Below, one piece after another: positions 26,632-35,542 of a DNA stretch of 64,000 nt. Numbering within the stretch: the first letter of the stretch is position 1; each line of letters opens with the position of its first letter. Made by a program: the position numbers and the translations under genes. The stretch spans positions 100,696 through 164,695 of the forward strand of contig CAVTMT010000009.1 in the NCBI GenBank assembly GCA_963735925.1, in the 5' to 3' direction. Source of the DNA: an uncultured bacterium (GTDB lineage Bacteria; Verrucomicrobiota; Verrucomicrobiia; Limisphaerales; J093). Below the pieces are notes generated by a model. That model saw only the letters and a program-made list of their open reading frames with translations. It was not told where the DNA came from and ran no database searches.

Positions 26632-28965
26632 TCAAAGCGTGTCTTGCGGCGCATTCTCGCGCGCGCACGGCGGTTTGACCAGTCCCAACCCCGGACCGCT
26701 CAACCACGCCGGCACCAACACCAGCACCGAGGCCTGGGCGGCGACGAACGTACCGGCCAGCAACAGCCCGAAGTGCACCACCGGCGGAAACGACGAGAGC
26801 GTGAACAGCCCCAGCACCGCCACCAGAATCACCGTGGTCCAGATGATGGGCGGACCCTTGACGCGGAGCGTCTCCCGCACCGCCTCGGCCGGGGAACGGC
26901 CCGCCCGCCGCTCTTCGCGCCAGTGGGTGAGAAAGTGCACCGTGTCGTCCTCGACTATGCCCAACGCGACCGCGCCGACCATGACGGTGATCGAGTTGAG
27001 CGGCAGTTGGGCGAAGCCGGCGCAGGCCAGCACGAGCGCGACCGGCACGGCGTTCGCAATCACCGCCAGCGCGGCCAGCCGCACCGAACGCCAGAGCGCC
27101 GCCAAGAGGACCGCGATGAGCGCCACCGCACCCGCCGCGCTGTCCACCTGGCTGCGAAGGATCCGGCGGTCCGCCTCGAGAATCGAATGCATGCCGCGCG
27201 CCGCGGATACACTCACGCCGGCGGGTGCGGTGCGGGTCGCGTAATCCTGGATTTCACGGATCAGATGCAGGTACCGCGACGCCGGCAGATCGCGCGTGCG
27301 CACCACCAGTTCCGCCGTCCGCGCCGCCGGATCGGCCAGCGCGGCCAGGAATGGGAAGTTATACGAGCGGATCGCGGTGGTGAAGAGACCGATCAGGAGC
27401 GGATTCTCCGGGAGCTTCAGCGCCTCCGGTCGGCCGCCTTCCCAAATCTGATTCACCATCGCCAGCAACTGCGGGTACGAAAAAGCCCCGGTGGTTTCGG
27501 GTCGCGACTCGGCAAAACGGTGCACGGCTTCGAGGTAGCGGAGGAAGACCGGGTCGTTGAGGCCGTTGGCCCGGCCGGAGTCGAAATCGATCTGCACCAC
27601 GTTGATGCCGCCATAGACGCGGTCGAGTTCCTCCAGGGCCTGCCGGGTCGGACTGGCCGGCGACAGGGTCTCGATCATGCGCACGTCCGTTCGCACGCGC
27701 GTCAATCCCCAGGCGGCGAACACCGCCGTGAGCACGGCGACAGACACGATCCAGCGTCGTCCGGCTTGCACGCAGCCCACCCAGCGCCCGGCGAAGTCGC
27801 CGGTAACGGACCCGTCGACGGACACGGAGATGGCGCTGCGCCGCGCCAACGGCCAGCGGGTGGCCACGAGCTTGAGCATTGCCAGTCCGGGGCCAAAGGT
27901 GAACCCATGCACAACCGCCAGACACAGGGCGCCCAGCCGGCCGAATTCGATCATTTGCGGCACGCCGCCGAATGTGAGCGACACCAGGCCGAGGACGGTG
28001 GTCAACGTCGAGAGCGCCGCCGGTCGCAGCACCGTTCTCAAGGCGGCGTGGATGGCTGCGTCCGCCGCCAGGCCTTCGTTCGCCGCGCGCCGGTACGCCG
28101 TGAGGAGGTGCATCAGCAAGGTGAGGTGAATGCCGGTCAGCAGCGGCAGCAGCATTACGGAGAAGACATTCAGTTGCGAACCGGCCGCCTGCACGACGCC
28201 AGGCAGGAGGGCCAGCACGGTGACCTGATTCACGAGGGTGAACAGAGTTAGCCGTACCGACCGAAACGTGAGCCAGAGCACGAGCACGACCAGGAAGCAG
28301 GCCGCGGGCAGAAAGCGAACCAGGTCGTGGCGGAGCGTGGCGCGGATTTCGTCGGCGATCAGTGGCACCGCCAGGACGCGCAGCGACAGGCCGGCCGCGC
28401 GAAAGGGGGCGAGCACCGCCTCGGCCTGGGTGCGGAAACGCTCCTGGTCCGACGGGCTGGCGGCCAGGTGGTCGTATTGGACGGTGACCAACGTGTGCTG
28501 GCCATCGGCCGCGACCATGACATTGCGCACGAGCGGGTGGGCCAGGCAGAAGCGCTTCAACTCCGCCAGTTCGGCGGCCGCGAGCCGACCGTCCGGGACG
28601 AGCGGAACCATGTCGAAACTGAGGCCACGCCGCACCGGCTTGACCGAGTGGGTGAGGCTTTTGACCTCGACCACGTCCGGTTGGCGCTCGAAGGCGTCGC
28701 TCAAGCGCCGCACCGTTTCGAGACCCGCGTTCGAGAACAGGTTGGTGAGTTCCAGGCTCACGACCAGGACGTCGGTGTCGCCGAGGATTTCGCGGACCTG
28801 CTCGTAGCTGGCCAGATTGCGCTGGTCACCCTGCAGCAACGCCTTCAACTCCGCGCTGACGCCGAAACGGGGGAGCGGGAGCAACAGCGGCAGGCAGAGC
28901 AACGCCGTGACGGCCAGCGACGCGCGCGGGAAGCGGAGGAAGGGATTCCAGTTGCGGCGCGTCAC
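26632..28965 (-). CDS. RND-superfamily / MMPL-type transporter
   Basis: A 12-TM type duplicated architecture with two large periplasmic loops. The start is uncertain: a GTG at 28965 lies downstream of GGAGGG, while the track ORF extends to 29190. The stop abuts the PmoA-like start. Confidence 0.75.
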   Translation of the reverse strand: MTRRNWNPFLRFPRASLAVTALLCLPLLLPLPRFGVSAELKALLQGDQRNLASYEQVREILGDTDVLVVSLELTNLFSNAGLETVRRLSDAFERQPDVVEVKSLTHSVKPVRRGLSFDMVPLVPDGRLAAAELAELKRFCLAHPLVRNVMVAADGQHTLVTVQYDHLAASPSDQERFRTQAEAVLAPFRAAGLSLRVLAVPLIADEIRATLRHDLVRFLPAACFLVVLVLWLTFRSVRLTLFTLVNQVTVLALLPGVVQAAGSQLNVFSVMLLPLLTGIHLTLLMHLLTAYRRAANEGLAADAAIHAALRTVLRPAALSTLTTVLGLVSLTFGGVPQMIEFGRLGALCLAVVHGFTFGPGLAMLKLVATRWPLARRSAISVSVDGSVTGDFAGRWVGCVQAGRRWIVSVAVLTAVFAAWGLTRVRTDVRMIETLSPASPTRQALEELDRVYGGINVVQIDFDSGRANGLNDPVFLRYLEAVHRFAESRPETTGAFSYPQLLAMVNQIWEGGRPEALKLPENPLLIGLFTTAIRSYNFPFLAALADPAARTAELVVRTRDLPASRYLHLIREIQDYATRTAPAGVSVSAARGMHSILEADRRILRSQVDSAAGAVALIAVLLAALWRSVRLAALAVIANAVPVALVLACAGFAQLPLNSITVMVGAVALGIVEDDTVHFLTHWREERRAGRSPAEAVRETLRVKGPPIIWTTVILVAVLGLFTLSSFPPVVHFGLLLAGTFVAAQASVLVLVPAWLSGPGLGLVKPPCARENAPQDTL

Positions 28966-29269
28966 AGCGGCGGAGACTAACCCTCCGTCCGCACGCAAGG
29001 CGAGTTTTCGCTGCTGGCCTGATCTCGAAAGGGTGGCTGCGCCGCTCTGGCGGCGCCTGCGGACGTGGTCCGCGGCGCCGGGTCCCAACGGGCACACACC
29101 ACATCGCTCGCTCGGTCTGACGCTGCTGGCGGTTCTGCCCCTGGCGCCGCGTGGGTCTGGCGGGCAGGCGCGATCGCCTTGCGCGGGCAATTACCAACGG
29201 CGCCGCGAAACGCACGAGCCGCCAGACAGGGTGGCCTTTCGGCAAGCCGCCGGCCTCTGCCTCCCGCGA

Positions 29270-29869
29270 CTACTTCCGTTGACGCTGCAGCCGGAGCCCT
29301 ACCGCGCTACCTCCGCAAAGCAGGGCGGCGAGCAGCGCGCTGGGCGGTTCGGGAATCGGAGCGGTCGTGGGCGCGGCAATATCCAGGGGCGTGCGCGAGG
29401 TGTCCGAACCGTAGGTTTCGATCGTTGGATCCGCCGAGCTCAGGTCCACCCCCAGGAATTCTTCGGCGAAGCCGAGCGTGGGGACCTCGAAGCCGTCTTT
29501 GTCCAGGAGGGCGAAGGTGAAGCGGTCCGGCGTTGGCCCGGCGTCCACTGCGGTCGTCAGCGACACGTTGAAGGACAACGCGACGCCGGCCGCGAACGCC
29601 TGCGAGAATTCCGTAAAGAAGCTGCTGTCGGTGAGGCTGACCGAAGCCGGCCCGCTCCAACTCCCGCCATGGAAGTTGAAGTTGCTGATGGTCGCGGTGT
29701 TGTTGGCGTCGCCCGTGCCCGATCCGTCGATGAATTGAAAGTCCAGCGAGAACGGACCGGACGGGCTGAGGATGAGCGCAGTGGTGTCGAGGGAAACGTT
29801 GAAGAGCGCGGCCTGGGCTCCAACCCCCCACAGGCTCAAGACGAGCGACGAGAGTATGGTTTTGTTCAT
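29270..29869 (-). CDS. PEP-CTERM sorting-domain protein
   Basis: It has the signal peptide MNKTILSSLVLSLWGVGAQA and a C-terminal PIPEPPSALLAALLCGGSAVGLRLQRQRK (PEP motif, TM, basic tail). Confidence 0.8.
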   Translation of the reverse strand: MNKTILSSLVLSLWGVGAQAALFNVSLDTTALILSPSGPFSLDFQFIDGSGTGDANNTATISNFNFHGGSWSGPASVSLTDSSFFTEFSQAFAAGVALSFNVSLTTAVDAGPTPDRFTFALLDKDGFEVPTLGFAEEFLGVDLSSADPTIETYGSDTSRTPLDIAAPTTAPIPEPPSALLAALLCGGSAVGLRLQRQRK

Positions 29870-29899
29870 AGATGCAAGGTTCGTAGGTGAGATTCCGCT

Positions 29900-31513
29900 T
29901 TACCGGGAGCCGGCACCAGCCAGGACCCGGGTGGAGTAAGTGATCCCGGCTCTGGTGGGGTTGGTAAACTCCAAAGTCACGGTCGCGACTTCGCCGGGGC
30001 TCAGGATTCCGTCGGCGCCGACATTGAGGTCAACGTACGGACTCCCTATCGGCGCGAAGTAAGCCGTCGTGCCGCTTGGGTTGTACAGCGAGGCGTTTGC
30101 GCTGAGCCCGTCCAGAACGAGTGAAACCGGCCCGCCATGCACTGCCGCACTGGTGTTCTTCACGGTTAGCACCTGAACGAACCGGCGCGTCGAACGGTTC
30201 AACCGGAATCCGCTGCGCACGATGGTCACCGCCCCGTTCAATGCCACCGGGCCGATGATCGTCAAGGTGTAGGCTTTGGTTGCCACGGCTGCGGTATGGT
30301 CGGTCACCTTGACTGTGAAGGGGAATGCCCCCACGACCGTCGGCGTGCCAGACAGGATCCCGGTCACGGGGTCAAGGGTCATACCGTCCGGCAAGGAGCC
30401 GCCGGTGATAGCGACCGTGTAGGGTTCTACTCCGCCGCTAGCCAGAGCGCGATCGACGTACGGCTCGAAGGCGTCCCCATCCTGAACGTGGTCGATCAGT
30501 CCGAGGAGATTCTCCACGTTGAACCCGGCCATCTGCGCACCGATGAAATTGCCGACTGGCTCGGGAATGGGATTCCCGTCTAGATCGGTGCAACTCGCGG
30601 GATTGTCGCATTGGGCCTCGCCGGTATCGGGATCAACCGACCCTTGGTAAACGTAGAACTCATAGCGGCGCGTGACGGTTTCGTCGCCGTTCGGCAGGAT
30701 GTCCCCCCCTTCGATCGCGCCGTCCCCGCCCGGATCGTTCGCGGGCCGCTTCTGGAAGACCTGCCACTCGACTTCCGTTTCCGGCGCGTCCACTTCACCC
30801 TGCCAAGGCGGTCTGTCGCCCGGCTTGGCCAGTTCTTCATCCAGCGGCAGCAACTCGTTAAGCTCGATCTTGTGCCCCGAGGGTTGAACGGTCGTGAAGA
30901 CCTTCACCCAGACGGGAACGCCAAAGTGGGCCTCGGGCTCGGGCACTTCCGGCGCCGGTGGTACGATCACCACCTGCACTTGCGCTGGCTGGGCCGGCGC
31001 GGGTGGCGGAACATACACGAAAGTGGGCGTCGCCACATTGACGGACGGACCCAGGATCAAGTTGCCGGGCTGGACCGGGTCGTCCACCAGCCAGTGGTAG
31101 AGTGCGAGACTCGGCGACTTGTTGAAACCAACCCCGAAATGCTCGCCCCCCAGGTTCACCCCTGGATTGGTGAAGGCGTGACCTCCGGTCGGTCCAAGCG
31201 GGTTCGCCGGGTCCTGCGGGTTCGTGTAGGAAGCGTAACTCCCGTCCGGGTTCTTCTTCGCCTCGTAGCGGACGAAGGTCTTGGGGTGGGCCGGGTCCGT
31301 GCTGTCCGTGGTAATCCGCGGAACACCATAATGGTTGTAGTCGTAGGTATAGGAAATGTCGGTGCTCTGCAAGCCATCGAGCTCAATCTCGAACCCGTAG
31401 CACTTGCCCCCGGTGTCGTTCACCACATCGAAGTTGTTGAGCGAACCGTACGCCACCGCGTGGGCGGCGTAAGGCAGGGTCAGCACGGACAGGAGGGCGA
31501 GGAATTGTTTCAT
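29900..31513 (-). CDS. Secreted protein with putative-Ig (dystroglycan/cadherin-like) domain
   Basis: It has the signal peptide MKQFLALLSVLTLPYAAHA and the segment YTVAITGGSLPDGMTLDPVTGILSGTPTVVGAFPFTVKVTD. Confidence 0.65.
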   Translation of the reverse strand: MKQFLALLSVLTLPYAAHAVAYGSLNNFDVVNDTGGKCYGFEIELDGLQSTDISYTYDYNHYGVPRITTDSTDPAHPKTFVRYEAKKNPDGSYASYTNPQDPANPLGPTGGHAFTNPGVNLGGEHFGVGFNKSPSLALYHWLVDDPVQPGNLILGPSVNVATPTFVYVPPPAPAQPAQVQVVIVPPAPEVPEPEAHFGVPVWVKVFTTVQPSGHKIELNELLPLDEELAKPGDRPPWQGEVDAPETEVEWQVFQKRPANDPGGDGAIEGGDILPNGDETVTRRYEFYVYQGSVDPDTGEAQCDNPASCTDLDGNPIPEPVGNFIGAQMAGFNVENLLGLIDHVQDGDAFEPYVDRALASGGVEPYTVAITGGSLPDGMTLDPVTGILSGTPTVVGAFPFTVKVTDHTAAVATKAYTLTIIGPVALNGAVTIVRSGFRLNRSTRRFVQVLTVKNTSAAVHGGPVSLVLDGLSANASLYNPSGTTAYFAPIGSPYVDLNVGADGILSPGEVATVTLEFTNPTRAGITYSTRVLAGAGSR

Positions 31514-31675
31514 AGGAAGCTCCGCATGAGTCAGTTGTCTGTGTATCTAGTGATCGTGTTCGCCAACGACTCCCACAGCCTACCCCTGGATTGGAACGGT
31601 TGGACGGTAGAGATTCCTTTCCGCTTGTCAACTGGGAACTTTTCACCAGGAAGCTCTGGAACCTCTCTCTCAAGC

Positions 31676-32950
31676 TCAATGGCCGTGGTCCATCGCCTTC
31701 CGGACGAAGTCCCGACCCTTCTCGCCCATGATCTCGACGGCCTGCTTCTCCAACTCCGCCCGGACGGCAGCCTCCATCCGCTGCTGCTTCTCCTCGGGTG
31801 TCCCCGTCAGCGAATTCTCCAGGTCCTTGAACTTCGCTTCGAATTCGGACTGCCGTTCCTTGATGCGGTCCATGAACTGGTTGGCCGCCTCGGCCGTCAC
31901 ACCCACCGACTCCGCGAGCGTGGCCATCCGCGCGCGCTCCTGTTGTTCGTGGCGCTGCTCTTCCTGAAGACGCTCCTGCTCCGCCTCGGCCTGCTTTTGC
32001 GCTTCCTGTTCGGCCACCCGATCGGCACCCAACGCCTCCTGGAGCCGACGCTGAAACTCCGCTTCTTTGTCCGCGGCGGCCTTCGCCAGCGCCGGCTCGG
32101 CCGGTTCGATGCCGTAACGCGCATTGAGGCCCGAATCGGAATTGGGGTCCATGCCCGTCTCGGCGGCCACCTTGACGATCGCCCGAAACTCCGCCTCTGA
32201 TTTGGCCTGCGGCAGGCGTTGAAGGACATACTGTGCTGCCGCCGAGGCGCGGTAGAGGTATTCCTCCGATTCAGACGGTGAAAGGATCTGCGCCAGCTCG
32301 GCTTGCTTCTGCCGCTTCAACTCGGCGAGTCGGGCGGCGCCTTCGGCGTCAAGACCGCCGGTCATTTGTTCCGACTCCAGCTCCCGACTCAATTGCTGGT
32401 AGCGCGTGTCCAACTCGCGGACCTGCCGGCGCTTGTCCAAAGGGAGATACTCGCGGTCGTCGCGGAATGTCGGCCCCATCAGGGTTTGGAGCCACGTGGC
32501 GTTCTGACCAAATAAGTCCTCGATCTCGGCGAACATCCGGTTCCGCAGTTGAGACCGCGCATCCTGTCGCTCCCAGAACGCTTCGGGACTTTCGTTGTGA
32601 CTGAAGTTCCAGTCCCGGGCCGCCGCCGCTTCCGCGGCAAGCAACTGGTCCCGATACCGTCGGCACACGCGGAAGACCACGAGGTCATGAATGGTTTGCT
32701 CGGGACAACCGAGGGCGCGGAGGTTGGCGATGAGCCTCGCTGGATCGCGGCTTTCGATGCGCGACCAAGGCGTGTCTAACATTGGCTGCGCCGGAACGGT
32801 CCGCGTGATTCGGACACCCCCACGTGCTGCGGGTTCACCGATCTCAGCGCGCGGCGGGCGCGGCATCGGAGATTCACGTTGACCCCGCCACAACGCCACG
32901 CCGGCGAGCACAAGATTCAGCAACACGCTGATGGCCAGGAGGCGTTTCAT
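31676..32950 (-). CDS. Membrane-anchored coiled-coil protein, unknown family (paralog B)
   Basis: It has the N-terminal TM MKRLLAISVLLNLVLAGVALW. It shares motifs with the upstream paralog (ANLRALGCPEQTIHDL; ILSPSESEEYLYR). Confidence 0.6.
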   Translation of the reverse strand: MKRLLAISVLLNLVLAGVALWRGQRESPMPRPPRAEIGEPAARGGVRITRTVPAQPMLDTPWSRIESRDPARLIANLRALGCPEQTIHDLVVFRVCRRYRDQLLAAEAAAARDWNFSHNESPEAFWERQDARSQLRNRMFAEIEDLFGQNATWLQTLMGPTFRDDREYLPLDKRRQVRELDTRYQQLSRELESEQMTGGLDAEGAARLAELKRQKQAELAQILSPSESEEYLYRASAAAQYVLQRLPQAKSEAEFRAIVKVAAETGMDPNSDSGLNARYGIEPAEPALAKAAADKEAEFQRRLQEALGADRVAEQEAQKQAEAEQERLQEEQRHEQQERARMATLAESVGVTAEAANQFMDRIKERQSEFEAKFKDLENSLTGTPEEKQQRMEAAVRAELEKQAVEIMGEKGRDFVRKAMDHGH

Positions 32951-34197
32951 GGCTTGATTTTCGCCCGGCTGACGCCGAGGACCACTCTCAGATCGCGGCG
33001 AATCGCGAGCGAAGCTTTCTCTCCCAGCACGCCTCTCAAACGACGATCAGTCTCGTCCTGCAAGGCCAGCATTTGCTGCTGGCGCTCCTCGGTCGCACGG
33101 GAGGTGTCCTTGGCGATCTGATCCGCCGCGGCGCGGGCTTCGCGGCTGATCTGCCAGGCCTGATCGGCGAGTTCGACCGGCAAACCCTGCGCATCCACCG
33201 ACCGTCGCGCCTGCTGGTATTCCAGGTCGGTGACGCGTTCGAATTCGCGGGCCCGTTCCTCGTCGAACAACTCGCGGATCTGCCCGGTCGCCGGTCCGCG
33301 GTTGAGGAGATCGTTCGTCGTCACCTTGCCTTTGCCGGATTCACGCGCGGCGAAGATCTGTTTGAACTCGTCGAGCGTGCAGTCGAAGTACTGGAGTTCA
33401 GTGCGCAGCATCTGGGCCTGCGGGGCATTGCGGAGCCGGAATTCCTCCACCTCCGCCGGCGAGAGCACTCTGGCGAGCAGCTTGAGTTTCTCGTCGAAGA
33501 GCCTCTGCTCGTCCTCGGACGAGTACCGGCCCTGGCTGTGCAACTCCATTTCGCGCGTGTCGAGGTCGGCCGCACCAAGAGCCTCGAGGGCCGCGGCCCG
33601 CCGGTCGTCGGGCAGGAACAGGAGCTGTTGCTCGCTGCCGTGGAGTTGCAGGAACAACGTGTCGATCCGGTCCTGTTGCGTGTATCGACCCCCAAGCAGT
33701 TCGTGAAACACGGCCCCCTGTTCCCTGGCGAGGGCCAGGAACTGCTTCATCTGATCCGGGCCGGGTTGATCGCGCTGGTACTTCTGCCAATACTCGCGTT
33801 TCCGGGGCGACCAGATGGCTCCGGCCCGCGGCGCGTACAAAGCGACCAAGTCAGCGGCGATCAGATCGCGAATCGTCGCTTCCGGACAACCGACGGCGCG
33901 CAAATTGGCGATGTACTGGCGGTAATCGGCGGACTCGACCGCGCTCCAAAGAAACGGCGGCGGCGGATTCGTGGCGTTCGCGTTCGGGCCTGGAGCAGCG
34001 TCCGGCGGAGCCAGTCCGGCCGGCGGTGGGGAACGATTTGTCGCGCTCGCGGAAACCGCAGCCGCCGTCGAGGGCGAGGTCCGCAGCAGCCACGCAGCCA
34101 GAGCGAGATTGGCCAGTAGCGACACCGCCGTCAGCCACGCCAGGTGCGGACTGGCAGACGGCTTTGCCGGGGTGGAGGACGCTGGTTTCACATTCAA
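32947..34197 (-). CDS. Membrane-anchored protein, unknown family (paralog A)
   Basis: It has the TM LAWLTAVSLLANLALAAWLL and the motifs ANLRAVGCPEATIRDL and VLSPAEVEEFRLR. It overlaps paralog B by ATGA. Confidence 0.6.
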   Translation of the reverse strand: MNVKPASSTPAKPSASPHLAWLTAVSLLANLALAAWLLRTSPSTAAAVSASATNRSPPPAGLAPPDAAPGPNANATNPPPPFLWSAVESADYRQYIANLRAVGCPEATIRDLIAADLVALYAPRAGAIWSPRKREYWQKYQRDQPGPDQMKQFLALAREQGAVFHELLGGRYTQQDRIDTLFLQLHGSEQQLLFLPDDRRAAALEALGAADLDTREMELHSQGRYSSEDEQRLFDEKLKLLARVLSPAEVEEFRLRNAPQAQMLRTELQYFDCTLDEFKQIFAARESGKGKVTTNDLLNRGPATGQIRELFDEERAREFERVTDLEYQQARRSVDAQGLPVELADQAWQISREARAAADQIAKDTSRATEERQQQMLALQDETDRRLRGVLGEKASLAIRRDLRVVLGVSRAKIKP

Positions 34198-34381
34198 CTA
34201 AACAGCATAAACTGCGCGCCAACGCAAACCGGCGGCAATCGCAACCTGTCCAGTTTGGACCGCTCCGATCCCAGAGGCTCACGGATGGTCCTGCACGTCC
34301 GGGCCGAGCCGCAGGCAGGAGCAGTGGCGCCCTCCAATCGATGCACCATGCGCCCACGGCTCCGTTAAAAAAGCCGGACGC

Positions 34382-35311
34382 CTACACGTCGCAGATTTCG
34401 ATCGATTGGAGCAGGGACGCCATGACATCCGGCCGGGCCGGGACGAATTCCTGCCCGACGAACCCTTTGTAGCCGCGGGCGACAATCGCCTTCATGACAG
34501 GCGTGTAGTTCAACTCCTGCGTGTCGTCGATCTCGTGCCGCCCAGGGTTGCCGCCCGTGTGATAGTGCCCGAAGTACTCCCCATGCTCCTGGATCGAACG
34601 GATGATGTCGCCCTCCATGATCTGCATGTGGTAGATGTCGAAGAGCAGCTTCAAGCGCTCGGAACCGACGCGCTTGCAGAGCTCGATCCCCCACGCGCTC
34701 TTGTCGGCCATGTAGCCCTTGTGGTCCACTTTGCTGTTCAGGAGTTCAAGGATCACGTTGACCTTGTGTTTCTCGGCGATGGGCACCAACCGCTTGAGGC
34801 CCTTCACGCAATTCTCCAGGCCTTCCTCGTCGTTGAGCGCGTACTCGCCCCATTTGTCCTTGCCCTTCCGGTTGCCGGAGAAGGTGATGATATTCGGAAA
34901 GCCGTTCGCAGCCACTTCCGGGATCGCCGTCTCGAACTTGGGCAGCAGGTCGTCGTGGTGCTCGACGCGGTTCCAGCCGTAGCCGATGCCGTCCGGGCCG
35001 TTGCACATGGCGCAGGTGAGGCCGGCCTTTTTCACGGCGGGCCACTGATCCGGTCCGAGCAATTCCACCGACTCGAGACCCATGCGGGCGCATTCCTGGC
35101 AGAACTCCTCGAAGGTCATCTTCGCCGGCTTGTTCCGACCGGCGTTGAACAGGCTGCCGTAACACCACGCGGAAACGGAATGGTGGATGTTCCCTTTCCA
35201 CTTCCTGGCCTCGGCGGCAAAGACCGGACCGGTGACCGAGGCCACGCCCAAGGCGGCGGCTCCGGTGGCGAAGGATTTGAGGGCAGACCGACGGGAAAGC
35301 TTCGATTTCAT
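34382..35311 (-). CDS. Hydroxypyruvate-isomerase-like TIM-barrel protein with TAT-type signal
   Basis: It carries MKSKLSRRSALKSFATGAAALGV and ...YFGHYHTGGNPGRHEID. The ATG at 35311 is preferred over 35359. Confidence 0.75.
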   Translation of the reverse strand: MKSKLSRRSALKSFATGAAALGVASVTGPVFAAEARKWKGNIHHSVSAWCYGSLFNAGRNKPAKMTFEEFCQECARMGLESVELLGPDQWPAVKKAGLTCAMCNGPDGIGYGWNRVEHHDDLLPKFETAIPEVAANGFPNIITFSGNRKGKDKWGEYALNDEEGLENCVKGLKRLVPIAEKHKVNVILELLNSKVDHKGYMADKSAWGIELCKRVGSERLKLLFDIYHMQIMEGDIIRSIQEHGEYFGHYHTGGNPGRHEIDDTQELNYTPVMKAIVARGYKGFVGQEFVPARPDVMASLLQSIEICDV

Positions 35312-35542
35312 GGGCTCAATAATTGACGTTTCGGGAATCACGGGCTGCCGCCAGTCCAAACTAAAGCCGGGACAGCGTCAAACGGGAAAAGCGGCGGCTG
35401 CCCGGGCGAGCGCACGCATCAGCGACGCGGCCGGCTTGGCGAGTTGAAAATCGAATCCCGAATGCCGCGGCCCGAGCGAAGCGCGCGTGCCGGGAAGCGA
35501 AATCCCTCCTCCACCGACGCCCGGCACGGTCCACCTTCACTC

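Noticed and set aside
28966-29190. 75-codon N-terminal extension of the RND/MMPL transporter
   Set aside because: The extension is Arg/Gly/Pro-rich with no signal or TM character. A GTG at 28965 downstream of GGAGGG starts just before the first TM segment. The start remains uncertain.
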